DNA from: Camelus dromedarius
Taxonomy: Eukaryota
DNA: 64,000 nt
Direction: 5' to 3'
Assembly: GCF_036321535.1 (NCBI RefSeq)
Contig: NC_087436.1
Location: 63,800,001 to 63,864,000 of the forward strand
The notes under the pieces are model-generated. The model had not been told where the DNA came from. It searched no databases and worked only from the letters and a program-made list of their open reading frames with translations. Positions 27,750-40,370 of this stretch are shown here, one piece after another. A program made the position numbers and the translations under genes. Position 1 is the stretch's first letter. Every line of letters starts with the position of its first letter.

Positions 27750-29770
27750 CCCAACAGTTAGAGAATATGTATTATTCTCAAGCCAGAATGAATTATGATC
27801 ACAAATTGGCCATAAATATATTCTCAACAAATTTCAAATACTTGTCATAGAGATCACATTCCTTATGAAATGATGTTAGTGTGGTGGCTAATTTCATGTG
27901 TCAACTTGACTGGGCCCCAGGGAACTCAGACGTTTGGTCAAACATTATTCTGGATGTGTCTGAGAGGATGTTTCTGGAAGAGATCAACATTTGAATGGGT
28001 AGACTGAATAAAGCAGATTGCCCTCCCTAATGTGAGTGTGTGTATGGGGGGAGGGGGGTGTCTTCAAATAAAACAAAAATCTGATACTCCTAGAGTAAAG
28101 GAGGATTCCTCCTGTATGACTTCCTCCAATCTAGGACATGGATTTTTCTTGCCTTCCACCTCAACTGAAACAATGGCTTTCCTGGATCTTCTGTTTGCTG
28201 ACTCATCCTGCAGATGTTGGGACTTGTCAGCTTCCAGAATCCACATGAGCTAGATATACATCCTATTGGTTCTGTTTATGTGGAGAACCCTGACTAATAT
28301 AATTAGGTATTAGTAACAATAAAATATAATTTTTTAATCTTCATACATTTGCAAAATAAGAAATTCATGACTAAATAATCCTTGAGTCAAAGAAATCATA
28401 GTGGAAACTAAAATACTTACAACTATATGATTCAGACAACATTATATATCAAAACTTATGAAGTAACTGTGAGGAATTCCTCTTGTCCCCTAGACATTAA
28501 AATTCATCATGATGCAAAAGTAGCAATTTTGGTTTCCATTTTAAAGACCACATCTGAAGCATTTCAAGATATTTCCTCAGTAATTGAAGTAATTTCCATT
28601 GCTTGCTTTGGAAAGGACATTAACTTTTAAATGTACTTCCATACTACCTTTTATCCCCTGAACTGCAGCACCTATGCCACACCTAAACTGTGTGCTTTAT
28701 ATGTCTCTTCTCAATAGAATATAAGCACAGTGGACTTGGAGTTAGGATTATGAATTATTCAACTTCTTTATTATAGGACACAGTACATAGTAGAAAAATA
28801 TTTTTTATTGAAGTATAGTCAGGTTACAATGTTGTGTTATTTCTGGTGTAGAAAAAATATTTTTAAAATCTCACTGAATTTATTAAAGCTATTTTGAAAT
28901 TCTAAAAATAAAACATTTTTCAGTTCTCTTGGGAGAGTTGGGGGAGGAGTGGACTTGTGGGTTACGATTAAATCAATACCAATTTATGGCTTTATGTGGT
29001 TATATTTCAAAAGAAAAAGATATAAAATTAATGAAATAAGTATCCAAGTTTACATGGTAGAGAAAGAACAGAGTAAATGTAAAGAAAGTGGAAAGAAGAA
29101 GATAGTAAAGATAAAAATTGAAATAAAAGTTCTAGAAGCCAAGATAAAATAAAGCCAAAAAGTATAATAATGGAAGAAATAATATGATAGACAGAATTCA
29201 GGAAAGTCTGATAAGGAAAATAGAGAAGTACTCAATAAATAGTAAGGAAATAAATAAATAAGGAAAACAAAAGAGGACATAGATAAAGATGCAACAGAGA
29301 ATACAAAGATAATAAAATAAGATTAACAATTTTATGCCAATTCATTTGAATACTTACATGCAGTAAGCAGTTCTTATAAAATTAAAACAGCAAGATTAAC
29401 TTAACACTCTATAGTCTTCTAATAATTATAAAAGCAATTGTTACGTATATTCACACACACACACACAAAGATAATAACCTGCAAGATCATAGTCTGAGGA
29501 GAGAGTTCTACCAAACCCTAAAAAAAAAAAGTCCTTCCATCATTATAAAACATCTCCGAGACAGTTAAAAAATGTGACCATTCTCTGCTCATTTCATTAA
29601 AGCAAAATTAGACAAAGATAGTAAAGAGAGAAAAATTACAGGCCCTGATTTAAAGCATAGTTAGAAATGAAATTCCTTAAGCTGATAAAGATTTGTTACC
29701 AAAACCTTACAGTAAAATATTTTTAATGGAGAAACTTTGAAATGTTTTACTTTGACATTACAAATAAGAC
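27750..29770 (+). mobile_element. Highly degraded old L1 ORF2 fragments
   Basis: A-rich L1-like phrases (atattctcaagcc, aacaattttatgccaa, gagttctaccaaacc) interrupted by later insertions. Confidence 0.5.
27880..28301 (+). mobile_element. MLT2 (ERVL) solo LTR
   Basis: tgtggtggctaatttcatgtgtcaacttgactggg...ggagaaccctgactaatata; 5-bp TSD gttag/attag. Confidence 0.85.
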
Positions 29771-32753
29771 AAAAATGTTCACGGATTAATTTATTCATTC
29801 ATTCACTTACTGAAAACATGTTAATTAAACCTATACCACGCACTCTCTGGCATTTGTGATACACAAGTGAAATAAAACAAAGATCCCTGATTTCAAGTAA
29901 GAAATAATAGAGAACAAGTAACAAATACATTTAACAAAGGATGTTGGAATTTGAAATATGATAAATATTTATAAATGTTAATTATATATGATAAAAAATG
30001 TTAGAATCTGAAATATGATAAAATAAAAAGTAAAACAGATGAAAGTAAATCAGGGGTGTAAGAGTCAGGGGCAATACAGGTCGTAGCATTAAATAGGTAG
30101 TCATGTTAAGCCTCTTTGAGAAGAAGTTATTTAGGAATCATACAAAAGGTATGAAGGAGACCAAACAGATACCTGGAAGGATTCTTGGCAGTGAAACTGT
30201 GCTAGGGCAGTAACATGATTTTATGTTTGAGAAACAGCAGAAGCCAGCATGGCTAAAGTGTTACGCTAGACTGGGTTTTCCTGAAGTTAATCATAAGAAA
30301 TTGATTAATCATCAAGGATTTGGATACTTACAGTTTATTCAAGAGGTGATCCCGAGGAGCATGCAAAAGAGTGGGAGAAATCTAAGGCAGAGAAAGAAGA
30401 ATGGCTGTTAAAAGGTGAGCTGAGTCTCAGACTTGCTCAGGACTAACAAGGTGCATGTTCATGGCATCTCAGAATTCCTCAACAAAAGAGAAGGAAGCAA
30501 AAGTATGCATCCACTAGTTCCCATTCCTCACAGGCTGAGGGATACCCTTGCAGCATCACATCTCCAGCACTTCTGGGCTGCCCTACAGTGGGCTCGGCAA
30601 GCTTCTGTGCTGACAGTCTGCCCTTCGGCAAAGAAGCAAGAGTCAAGAGACATACTATTTGATGCGGGACAGTGCTTGTGGACATTTGAAAACTCATTGT
30701 CATAGCTATAAGTGAACTCAAAGGTAGGTTTATATGATATGAGGTGGAGAATCGACAATGTCTGCTGCAAGTGGCAAGACCAAGCGGAATGGAGAAAAGC
30801 TGGGGGCAAGCAGATTAAGGGAAGGGGGATTTGTCTTGTAATGACTTGGCTTTTACTCTATGCTAAATGTAAAACCATTAGAGGGTTGTGAAACCATATG
30901 GCTGTGCTACTGAGGATAGACCGTGGGTAATGCAGTAGGAGCAAAAGTAACATCAATAAACTGCAAGGAAGCAATTAAAGTAATCCCTGCAAGAAGTAAA
31001 GATGTCTTAGACTAGGTTGGTACTAGGCAATTGGAGAGATGAGGTCAGAATCTGGATATATTGCTTATGGTGAAGTCTCTTTCTAGCCTAAATAGTTCTA
31101 AAATTTCTTAACATTTTTTAAGACAAGAAAAATAATAAAGACATAGGATTGGAAAACTATAAAAATTTTGCTTTGTTTTGTTTCTTTGTGATGACTTGAC
31201 TGTCTTGCCTGCATAGAAAAGTCAAAATACTCTAGAATCTAATTATTAGAAATAAGCATAGACTTTGGCAAGGTAGCAAGATAAAAAAATTGATATTTTA
31301 AAAATCAATTACACTCCTATAATATTAACAACACATAGAACACATATTTGTTTTAAAATACACTTGGTATATTAGCAGCTGAAAAGGTACCTAGGAATTT
31401 TTCCAATAGAAGATGTGTAAGATCTGCACAAAATTTTGTTAATGTCTAAAAAACAAGAGAATAAGTTAAAAATTAGAGTGTGTTCACTTGTGGTATATTA
31501 TAGAGAAGTGAAAATAAACTACAACTACTTTTGACAGCATACATGAATTATTAAAGCACAATTTGGGGTTTGAAAATAACTTTTAGACAACTAAAATTAT
31601 GAGCACTAAGCAAAACAAAACAACACTTCACTCGGAGTGTACTGATTTAAATGTTCACTCCATCCAAAAAATACCTTCATAGAAACATCTTGAATCAAAT
31701 ATCTGTGTACTATGGCTGAATCAACTCGACACAAAATTGATCACCACAATAAGTATTACCACTGTTGCTCTGTACATATCACATTTTACATGATAAAAGC
31801 AAATAACAGGGAAAATGTGTTGGAGATTAAGGTGAAGAAGTGGGGTATGGTTGAAAAGAAAGTGGGAAGGGATAAAAGGAATGCTGCTGCTGGAAGAACT
31901 TTTAATGAGATAGGTCTCTCTCTGAGCTACAAAATCAGATGTTATAGGGATTATTAAGGTTAACTCATAAATTTTCAGAAGTCCAGTATTTCCAACTGGC
32001 CACTTAAACTGAGTTACTATTTGCAATTTACTTAAACTTTCAGTGCCTTTGTTCCCTATGCATGAAAAGAGAAAAATAACAGCACTTAACTATGAGACTG
32101 TTCTCACAATCAAATAAGGTAACATGTATGTGTTCAGCCTGATGAACAGTGCCTGGAACATAGTAAATGTAAAATGTTACCATTATCATTAGGAAGATTA
32201 GGATGTATATTTGTAGCCATAGTCATAATATTATAACTGTTGTCATTAAATAGAGAAATGAAGATATACTTTCTTCATGAATGCTAGCTTAAATCTGAGA
32301 ATAAAAGAGAATAGACAAAGCTGCTTTTGACTTCCTTCTCAATCTGGCGGAGTCCTTCCTATACAGAAAGCATCTGTGTGCCCAACAGGTGCCAAAGGAC
32401 AAAGGGAAAGCCATACTAACATGTTTCATTCTTGTCTGTTGTTTTTAGTCACCTCATTTCTGTTCATACTGTTGACTAAATAAATCAAGAAGTTATAGCT
32501 TCTGTGCAGGTAGTACCTTTCCACCATTCAGCACTCCACCAGTTAGATATTATATATGTAAAGTATTTTCTAAAATATTTGATGTATTTTCTCACTTTAT
32601 AGAAGAAAAGCAGTTTTTAAAGCAATGGCAGAATACCCTAAGTACATATCTTTGTATTACATTAAAAATTCCAAGATTCACTAATTAGAGATAATTTTAA
32701 GGTCTTATTTGTAAATGTGTATTTATATAAAACTGTGCAGATAAAGAACTCAC

Positions 32754-32978
32754 CCTGATATCCCCAGTCCTTGAAAAGGATATTAATCATTTACAGTAAA
32801 ATAAATCTCAAAAAGTATAATATACTTTGCCAAATCACAATCTCTCTAGAGGAACCACCAGCCTCAGAAAAAGTAGCCTTATTCATTACAAGAATGGTAT
32901 GAAAACAGTTCCCTCTTTCCCCAAGACATTGATATAAAAATAGTAACTGCTGCATTATTAGTAATTCAGTCAAGTTAT
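32754..32978 (-). pseudogene. Exon remnant, second LRRC37A/B C-terminal-domain-like segment
   Basis: Donor aggGTGAGT. One frame reads TVFIPFL**IRLLFLRLVVPLER...YCK*LISFSRTG, compared with recalled [24 protein letters not shown]...CAKLISRTG; DCD lies in the adjacent frame. Confidence 0.6.
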
Positions 32979-34783
32979 CTATATTAATAAATGATGCTGC
33001 CTATCTGATTCTCAATTTGCTTTGAGAAATTGTTTTGAAACCCCCAAAAGTGTCCCTTCAGTGGCCACTTGATATTTTTTCCCCTACAATGACACTGGGA
33101 CTAATTAAGCTATTAAGGGAAGATTCATAATTAGGCAACAAAACACAAAACAATTAAGACAAATATTTTATGTTCATTTTATTTCCCTTCATTAGTATTT
33201 AAAGGTCAGAAAAACATTTATAATTTGGGGGAAAAAAGAATAAAACATAAATGCTAATTTCCTCTTGGCTTCACTTGGAAAAATATTAACATTGTTCTGG
33301 AATGTAAACCCAAAAGCAATTAAAAAGAACTAATAATCTTTAGGATTAATGTATAATGTATTATTCATTTGTAGTTTTCAAAACCTCAAAACTGACAGAA
33401 TAGTGACAATACTAAATTAAACCTACCACTCTGGTAGGTTTTAATCCTTAGTCTTATGTAATCAAACAACTTCTTTTAAATATTACTTAGAATTGAAGTA
33501 CCTGGACATTTTACATGGCTGATAGGATTTGTATTCTATATACTAACCCTTTATTACCTTCCTTACATAAAGGCCATACACTTTAGAATTATCTGACTAA
33601 ACAGAGGACTAAAAAGTACTAGTAAAGGTAGAAATTGTCAGCTAGGTCAGGAAACCAATAATTCCATTACTGATTTTGAAGTTCACTCCCTGATATGGTT
33701 AGCTTAGTATCCCTCATAAGAATCAAAATATGCAGTTTTTTTCACCTGGAGGAAATTCATTGAAGATCCATTTCAATTAATACTGCTAGGTACGAGAGAG
33801 AGAAGCAAGATGGCAGAATAGAAGGACACTCGTAACCCGTCTCCCACAAATACACCAAAACTCACATCTATGGACCTCTCAGCCAACCAGAGCACCTGCC
33901 GAACTCCGACAGAACATCACCCTCTTCGAAAGACAAAGACGCCAAAAATCTGGGAGGAGAAAAAGGAAAAAGAAGAAAAAGCAAAACAGTGTGGGACCGA
34001 TCCCACGGGGAGGGAGCAGCAAAAGAGGACTGGTGCTCATTCACTGGGTATCCCCTCTCCAACAGAGAGGCCAGTGGGACGGGGGGGGGAGCCTCTGAGG
34101 CTCAGATCTGCCCCAAGCACCCCTTAACCTACAGAACTGAGTTAAACGGGCACAAAGTGTACCTGCGACACCCAGCCTGAGACGCAAGTTGGCAGCTGGG
34201 GCCGGGACAGGCCACCCGAGCCAGGCAGAGGACTGGGGTGGCTGCACTGAGGCAGCCCTGGGGGAATGCAGGGTGCTGCACACCGTGGCTGGGAGGGGAT
34301 ACAGAGCAGAATAACCTTGGTCCCCCATAAATTGCAAAAAAAGCAAAGCAACATGGCTGGTGTGCCCTGGGGGGGGGGGGGCGCCATAGCCTTTGTCTCC
34401 TCAGACCTGCGCTGCCATTACTGGTGCATCTTACAAGAAGAGAGGCGGGGCTCAGCCACAGCCATCATCTCCTCCTGTGCACAGCACCCGGGCAGGAATG
34501 GGGCTGAGACCTGGGGGGCTCTGCAACCTCCTAGGCAGGACTGAGACTTGTTCACAGCCCAAGGCAGATAGAATCTTTCTGCCCTGGCACCTCAGGAAAC
34601 TTGAGCCGCCAAGACAAACAAGGAGCTGAGATTTGGCACGGAGTAGGGGCAGGGCCAATCCGTGGTCTTCCCTGAGCCCGCCTTCAGAGCATCGACCCCG
34701 AGGCAGAGTGGGCAGCTGCACAGAGCAGTGGATTGACCAGCGCCAGGAGAGGGCGGGCAACCACCCCACTTCCTGGCAGGAAT

Positions 34784-34945
34784 GCAGCACCTGACTACGG
34801 TGCTGGGAGGGGGCGCAATCTGCCCAACTGCTTCCTCCCAATGCAGCATCTGACTGTGGCATCAGGAGGGGGACTGACCTGCCCGCCCACTGGGTAAGAG
34901 CTCAGCTTCTGACCCATTGTTAGGAGGGGGCACGATCTGCTAGCT
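34784..34945 (+). repeat. About 59-bp tandem repeat (3 copies) in the L1 5'UTR
   Basis: Units of the form cagcanctgac...ggagggggc...atctgc start at 34784, 34843 and 34902. Confidence 0.75.
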
Positions 34946-35121
34946 GACAGCCACTGGGAGCAGCACAGACAAGGGCGCCAACAGAGGGCCTCTGGAAACA
35001 GCAAGCTGAATTCGTGAAACAGGATGAAGACACAAAGACCTCTCTATAAAATCATTAAGAGCTCACCATCTCCAGGAGAACTAGACAACTGATACTCCTT
35101 AAGCCACAGTGCCAGAGAGAT

Positions 35122-35998
35122 ATGAGCAATATGAAGAAGCAGAGAAACCACTCCGAATTAAAAGATCAAGAGAAATCCCCTGAAAGCATGATCAAGGAAA
35201 TAGACATTGATGGCCTACTAGATCAAGATTTCAAAAAAGAAGTGATCAAAGTACTGAAGGAACTAAAAGAAATAGTGTTTAGAGATATAAAATATGTCAA
35301 AAATGAAATAGAAGCTATAAAGAAGAACCAAGTAGAATTAGTAAACTCATTTGCTGAGATGAGAGCTGACCTAAAGTCTGTACAAAGCAGGCTAGATAAT
35401 GCAGAGGAATGAATAAGTGACCTAGAAGACAGGACAACAGAAAGCACCCAATCAGAAAAGCTGAGAGAAAAATAAATAAAAAACAATGAATACAATACAA
35501 GGGACCTATGGGATCATATAAAGCATGCCAATCTATGCATAATAAGGGTTCCAGAAGGGGAAGAAAGAACAAAGGGGATTGAAAAGGTCTTTGAAGAAAT
35601 CATGACTGAAAACTTCCCAAACCTAAAGAAGGAATCAGATATCCAAGTACAGGAGGCTCAGAGGGTCCCACACAGGAAGAACTCAAACAGATCCATACCA
35701 AGACGTATCATAATCAAGATGGCCAGAGTCAAGGATAAAGAAGTGATCCTATAGGCAGCAAGAGAAAAACAAAGAGTGAGTTACAAGGGAACCCCCATAA
35801 GGCTTTCAGCTGACTTCTCTACACAAACACTACAGGCCAGAAGGGAGTGGCAAGATATATTCAATGTCCTGAATGAAAAAAAGATGCAGCTATCCTTTAG
35901 AATAGAAGGAGGGATAAAGAACTTCACAGACAAACAAAAACTAAGAGTTTAGCAACACTAAACCCATGCTAAAAGAAATATTGTCAGGTCTACTCTAA
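35122..35998 (+). pseudogene. Disrupted L1 ORF1p
   Basis: Coiled-coil region followed by ENFPNL, AAREKQ, PIRLSADFS and ARREW motifs. Stops at 35410, 35473 and 35752; in-frame loss of the PRILYPAR segment near 35890; frameshift near 35945. Confidence 0.92.
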
Positions 35999-37782
35999 AT
36001 AGAAAAGAAGCAGGATGCTACAAAAATGAGAAACTCATAACTGGAAAGGAGATAACTGCCATGAATTACAAAAAGAATAAACACAAAATTGTAAAAGAAG
36101 ACATCTAAATCATTAAGAGTGGGAGAGGGAAGCAAGGAAAGCCATTGTGGAAAACAGTATGGAGATTCCTCAAAAGACTAGGAATAGACTTACCATATGA
36201 CCCAGGAATCCCACTCCTAGGCATATATCCAGAAGGAACCCTACTTCAAAATGACACCTGCACCCCAATGTTCATAGCAGCACTATTTACAATAGCCAAG
36301 ACATGAAGCAGCCTAGATGTCCATCAACAGATGACTGAATAAAGAAGATGTGGTATATTTATACAATGGAATACTATTCAGCCACAAAAACTGACAACAT
36401 AACGCCATTTGCAGCAACATGGATGTTCCTGGAGAATGTCATTCTAAGTAAGCCAGAAAGAGAAAGAAAAATACCATATAAGATTGCTTATATGAGGAAT
36501 CAAAACAAAACAAAACATAAATACAAAGCGGAAACAGACTCATAGACATAGAATATGAACTTGTGGTTGCCACGGGGGTGGGGGGTGGGAAGGGACAGAC
36601 TGGGATTTTAAAATGCAGAATAGATAAACAAGATTATACTGTATAGCACAGGGAAAAATATTAAAGATCTTGTGATAGCTCATAGCAAAAAAAAAAATGT
36701 GACAATGAATATATACATGTTCATGTATGACTGAAAAATTGTGTTCTACACTAGAATTTGACACAACATTGTAAAATAACATTACTCAATAAAAAAATTA
36801 AAAAAAAATACTGCTAGGTACTAAATGCTGCCAGTTTAAAATGGCCTACTCCTATAGGCCTACAGCAAGCATTTTTATTCCCACATTAAAAGATATTCCT
36901 ATACATAAGACTAAAAGTCTAAACAAATTCCCAAAAATCACATTATATGTACTTTTTCTAATTTATCACTTTTTACTTATCAATAATATTCCTGCTACTA
37001 TATTTGATAAAACAATCATTTGACAAACAACAAACCACAGAATTCCACTGTGGAAAAAAATTTTACATTCCAAAGATTAACACAAGCATGATAAATTTTA
37101 TTAACTCACAATCCCTTGGAATTTTCAATAATTTAGAAGGGACTTAAGTTGAAGTTTATCTTACTTAATCTATCCAATCCTTTTCAGATTCCATAAATGT
37201 ATGGTATAGACAAAATAGCTAGGAATTTATTTTAAATAAGCAAGTTAAAGACCAATTTTGGAAAGCTTCTCTACAATTTATACAAGGAAATATATTAATC
37301 ACAATGTTTCCCTAGTTATTCATAAAAGAAAGTTCCCCAATGGTTTGCACTCAGAAAAGCATTTAGGCTAGTCCATTTACTCATTTCCTCCTGTTTGAGT
37401 AATTACATGCATCCAAAATTAAAACACTGTGTTTCCTTTAAATATTGTCTAATTCAAATCTTAATTTATTAAAATGACCATTACTACAAAGAGTTCTCAT
37501 TGAATAGATTTTTTATCAAATCAGTAAATAATATTTAATCTTCCTACTAGGACACTTAAGAGCAGAAAATAATTTTTGCCCTTTAAGGATACTTATGAGT
37601 CCTATTTATTACTACTAGTTCTATATTGACAATGACTAATGCCTTCTAGTTCTTGGATTTTTTTCATCTCATGTCATAATGTCTTCCAGAAAGGAAATAT
37701 TAAGTCTACTGAATTCTGGATTACAAGGAACTCACATGCAAACCTTAACAGCCATATCCGTTGCCAATAGTTGAGAATGAGT

Positions 37783-38660
37783 CTGCATAATGGTTATTTT
37801 CACATGCCAATTTAGCTAGGCTATGGTACCTAGGTATTTTATTCCAGATGTTTCTGTGATGTTTCATTTAAGATGAGACTAGCATTTTAAGCAGTAGAAT
37901 TTGGGTAAAGCAAACTGTCCTCTACAATCTGGGTGAGCTTCTCCCAATCACTTAAAGGCCTTAAGGAAAAGACTGATCACCCTTAAGAGGGAGGGAATTT
38001 TACCAGCAGGCTGCCTGCAGACTCAAACTCCAACTTGTCTTTTAGTTTTCAGCCTGCAGACCTACCCTGCAGATTTCAGACTTGCCAGCTTCCACAATCA
38101 CTTAAGGCAATTCTTTAAAATCCCTCTATTTCTCTCTCTTGCATATATACACACATATATACATATGTATAGATTATACATACGAATATGTAAAATATGC
38201 ATACGTATATAAAGACATACAAATCTTCCTCAATTTATGATGGGGTAAGTCCCAATGAAGTCACCACAAGTTGAAAATATTTTAATACACTGAACTTACT
38301 GAACTTCACAGCTTAGCCCAGCCTACCTTGAACATGCTCCAAACACTTGCATTAGCCTATAACTGGGCAAAATTATCACCCTCAAGATCACATGGCTGAC
38401 GGGGAGCTGTGGCCCCTGCCACTGCCCAGCATCATGAGATAGTACCGTACCACATATTGAAAGCTGGGGAAAATATCAAAGCTCAAAATTCAAAGTATGG
38501 TTTCTACCCAATGCGTATCACTTTCACACTACTATAGTAAAAACAAACAAACAAACAAACAAAAAATAAATTGTTAAGTTGAACCATCATAAATTGGGGA
38601 CCATCTGTATATACATACATCCTATTGGTTCTTTTTCTCTGAAAAGCCCTACCTAATACA
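37783..38660 (+). mobile_element. MLT2 solo LTR carrying a nested MITE
   Basis: ataatggttatttt...gctaggctatggtacc start and cctattggttctttttctctgaaaagccctacctaataca end. Confidence 0.8.
38220..38607 (+). mobile_element. MER47-like Tc1/mariner (Tigger) MITE
   Basis: Terminal inverted repeats caaatcttcctcaatttatgatgg / ccatcataaattggggaccatctg with TA on both sides; inserted in the TA-rich tract of the MLT2. Confidence 0.85.
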
Positions 38661-39721
38661 ATCCATAAATATGAAGTATGAAAAAAACAATTTTGAAGAA
38701 AAGTCATTTGACTATCCTCAGATACAATATCCTCATTGCTTCAGTTAAAAGAAATTATTTGACTATTTTAAACTATATAGTCCTTCACATAAGTAATTAA
38801 TTGTATTCATCTTAGTAATTAGTCTATAATTATTTATAGTTGTTTTCAATATATATAAAGTGAGTTTTCCTTTTACCGTGTTTTCTGTATGGCCAATGAA
38901 TACCCACAGTTCTGCCCTAGAACAAATTCTATGACCATAATGTGGAAAAAACAGTGGACTTCAAGCTCTTTATAATTATAAAATATCAAAAAAATTAAAA
39001 ATTAAATAATAGATGAAATGATAATTAAAATTTGGTCCATCCACATGATGAAATATTACTACATAATCAACAATAATATTTATAAAATTCTTAAGATACA
39101 GAAAAATGTTACTCATTTATATATAAAAGAGCTATACTAAACTGTATATGAATTTCAACCTCAACTATGTAAAATACATATGAAACGTATATGTGAAACA
39201 CATAAAAGAAATATGTTGAAATGTAAATAAAGGTTTTTCTAGAAGATGGGATTGTATGTGATCATCATTCTATTCTCTTTTATGTTTTCCACTTTTCTGC
39301 AGTAGGCCTGTGTTGTTTTCATCATTGGGAGGGAAAGTTCTAGACTTTGAGCAAATAACATGATTTTCTCAAAGAATTCTCTGACATCACTTGATTCTGT
39401 CTTTCCATAGCACATGTTATATGGGCTATATATAACATTTATCAATGGTTCTGTAATCATCTATTTATGTCTATGAGCTTTATAGGGGATGGCACTGTGT
39501 TCACTTTGCCTGAGCATGCTCTCCACACGTAACAGAGTTGGTAATATTCAATAAATATTTGCTCATGATTGGCAATATATAATGTTCATGAATCTTTAAT
39601 AGTACTATCAATAGTCAGTAACTGATCATGGCAGTTATCAACAGCATTATTTTCCTAACCAATAGTACGTTTCTTATTAGGGCCTGCTGTTATACCAAAA
39701 AGTACACAAGAAAATTGATAG

Positions 39722-40370
39722 TGTTAGGAGGAATCCTAAAATGATTCTCCTCTCCCCACTCCCTGTCCCCATGATTTCTCACCCTAATCCACAGGATTGG
39801 GACTAGGAACTGGAAGAGATATTATGCCTGTATTTATGTTAGGTTATGTGACAAAAGTGATTTTGCAGATTTAATTATGGTTACTAGTTAACTGACTTTT
39901 GAGTTAATCCAAAGGGAGGTTATTCCAGTGAATAACTACATGAATTCTTTAAAAACAGAGTTTTCTTTAACTGGTAGCAGAAAAGGAACTCAGAAAGATT
40001 CAAAGCAGGATAAAGACTTGACTTGCAATTGCTGGTTGGAAGATGGAAGGAACAACATGAGAGAGAATGCAGATGGCTTCAAGGAGCAGAGAGTAGTCCC
40101 CGCCTGATAGCCAGGAAGAAAACTGGGACCTCTGACCTACAGTTCACAAGGAACTGGATTCTGCCAACGATAAATGAGCTAGAATTGGATTCCTCCCCAG
40201 AGCCAGATAAGAGCCCCGGTCTGCTGACACTTTGATTTCCACCTTGGGAGACTAAGCAAAGAACGCCATTGAGCTTGCTGACCTACAGAACTAGGAGGAA
40301 TAAATTTATGTTGTTTTAAGCTGCTAAACTTAATGATCATTCATTCTAAAGCAATAGACTCCTAATATAC
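39722..40370 (+). mobile_element. MLT1 (MaLR) solo LTR
   Basis: gattttgcagatttaattatgg...gccaggaagaaaactgggacctc...aataaatttatgttgttttaagctgctaa...gcaataga. Confidence 0.8.

Larger units (their letters stand above)
33794..36806 (+). mobile_element. ORF1-only (HAL1-like, non-autonomous) LINE-1 derivative, complete from 5' end to poly(A)
   Basis: Starts gagagagagaagcaagatggc (L1 5' end with YY1-type motif), then about 1.3 kb of GC-rich 5'UTR and an ORF1 remnant. It jumps directly to the extreme ORF2 3' end at about 36141 and ends with 3'UTR, AATAAA and A tail. 15-bp TSD aatactgctaggtac at 33779-33793 and 36807-36821. Confidence 0.9.

Noticed and set aside
32791..32978. Nearly open frame NLTELLIMQQLLFLYQCLGER... 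resembling an RGS-box start
   Set aside because: Only a loose helix pattern; another frame of the same exon matches the LRRC37 C-terminal motif in the correct gene order.
33868..35004. Many overlapping 60-136 aa ORFs
   Set aside because: By-products of the GC-rich L1 5'UTR; no recognisable protein.
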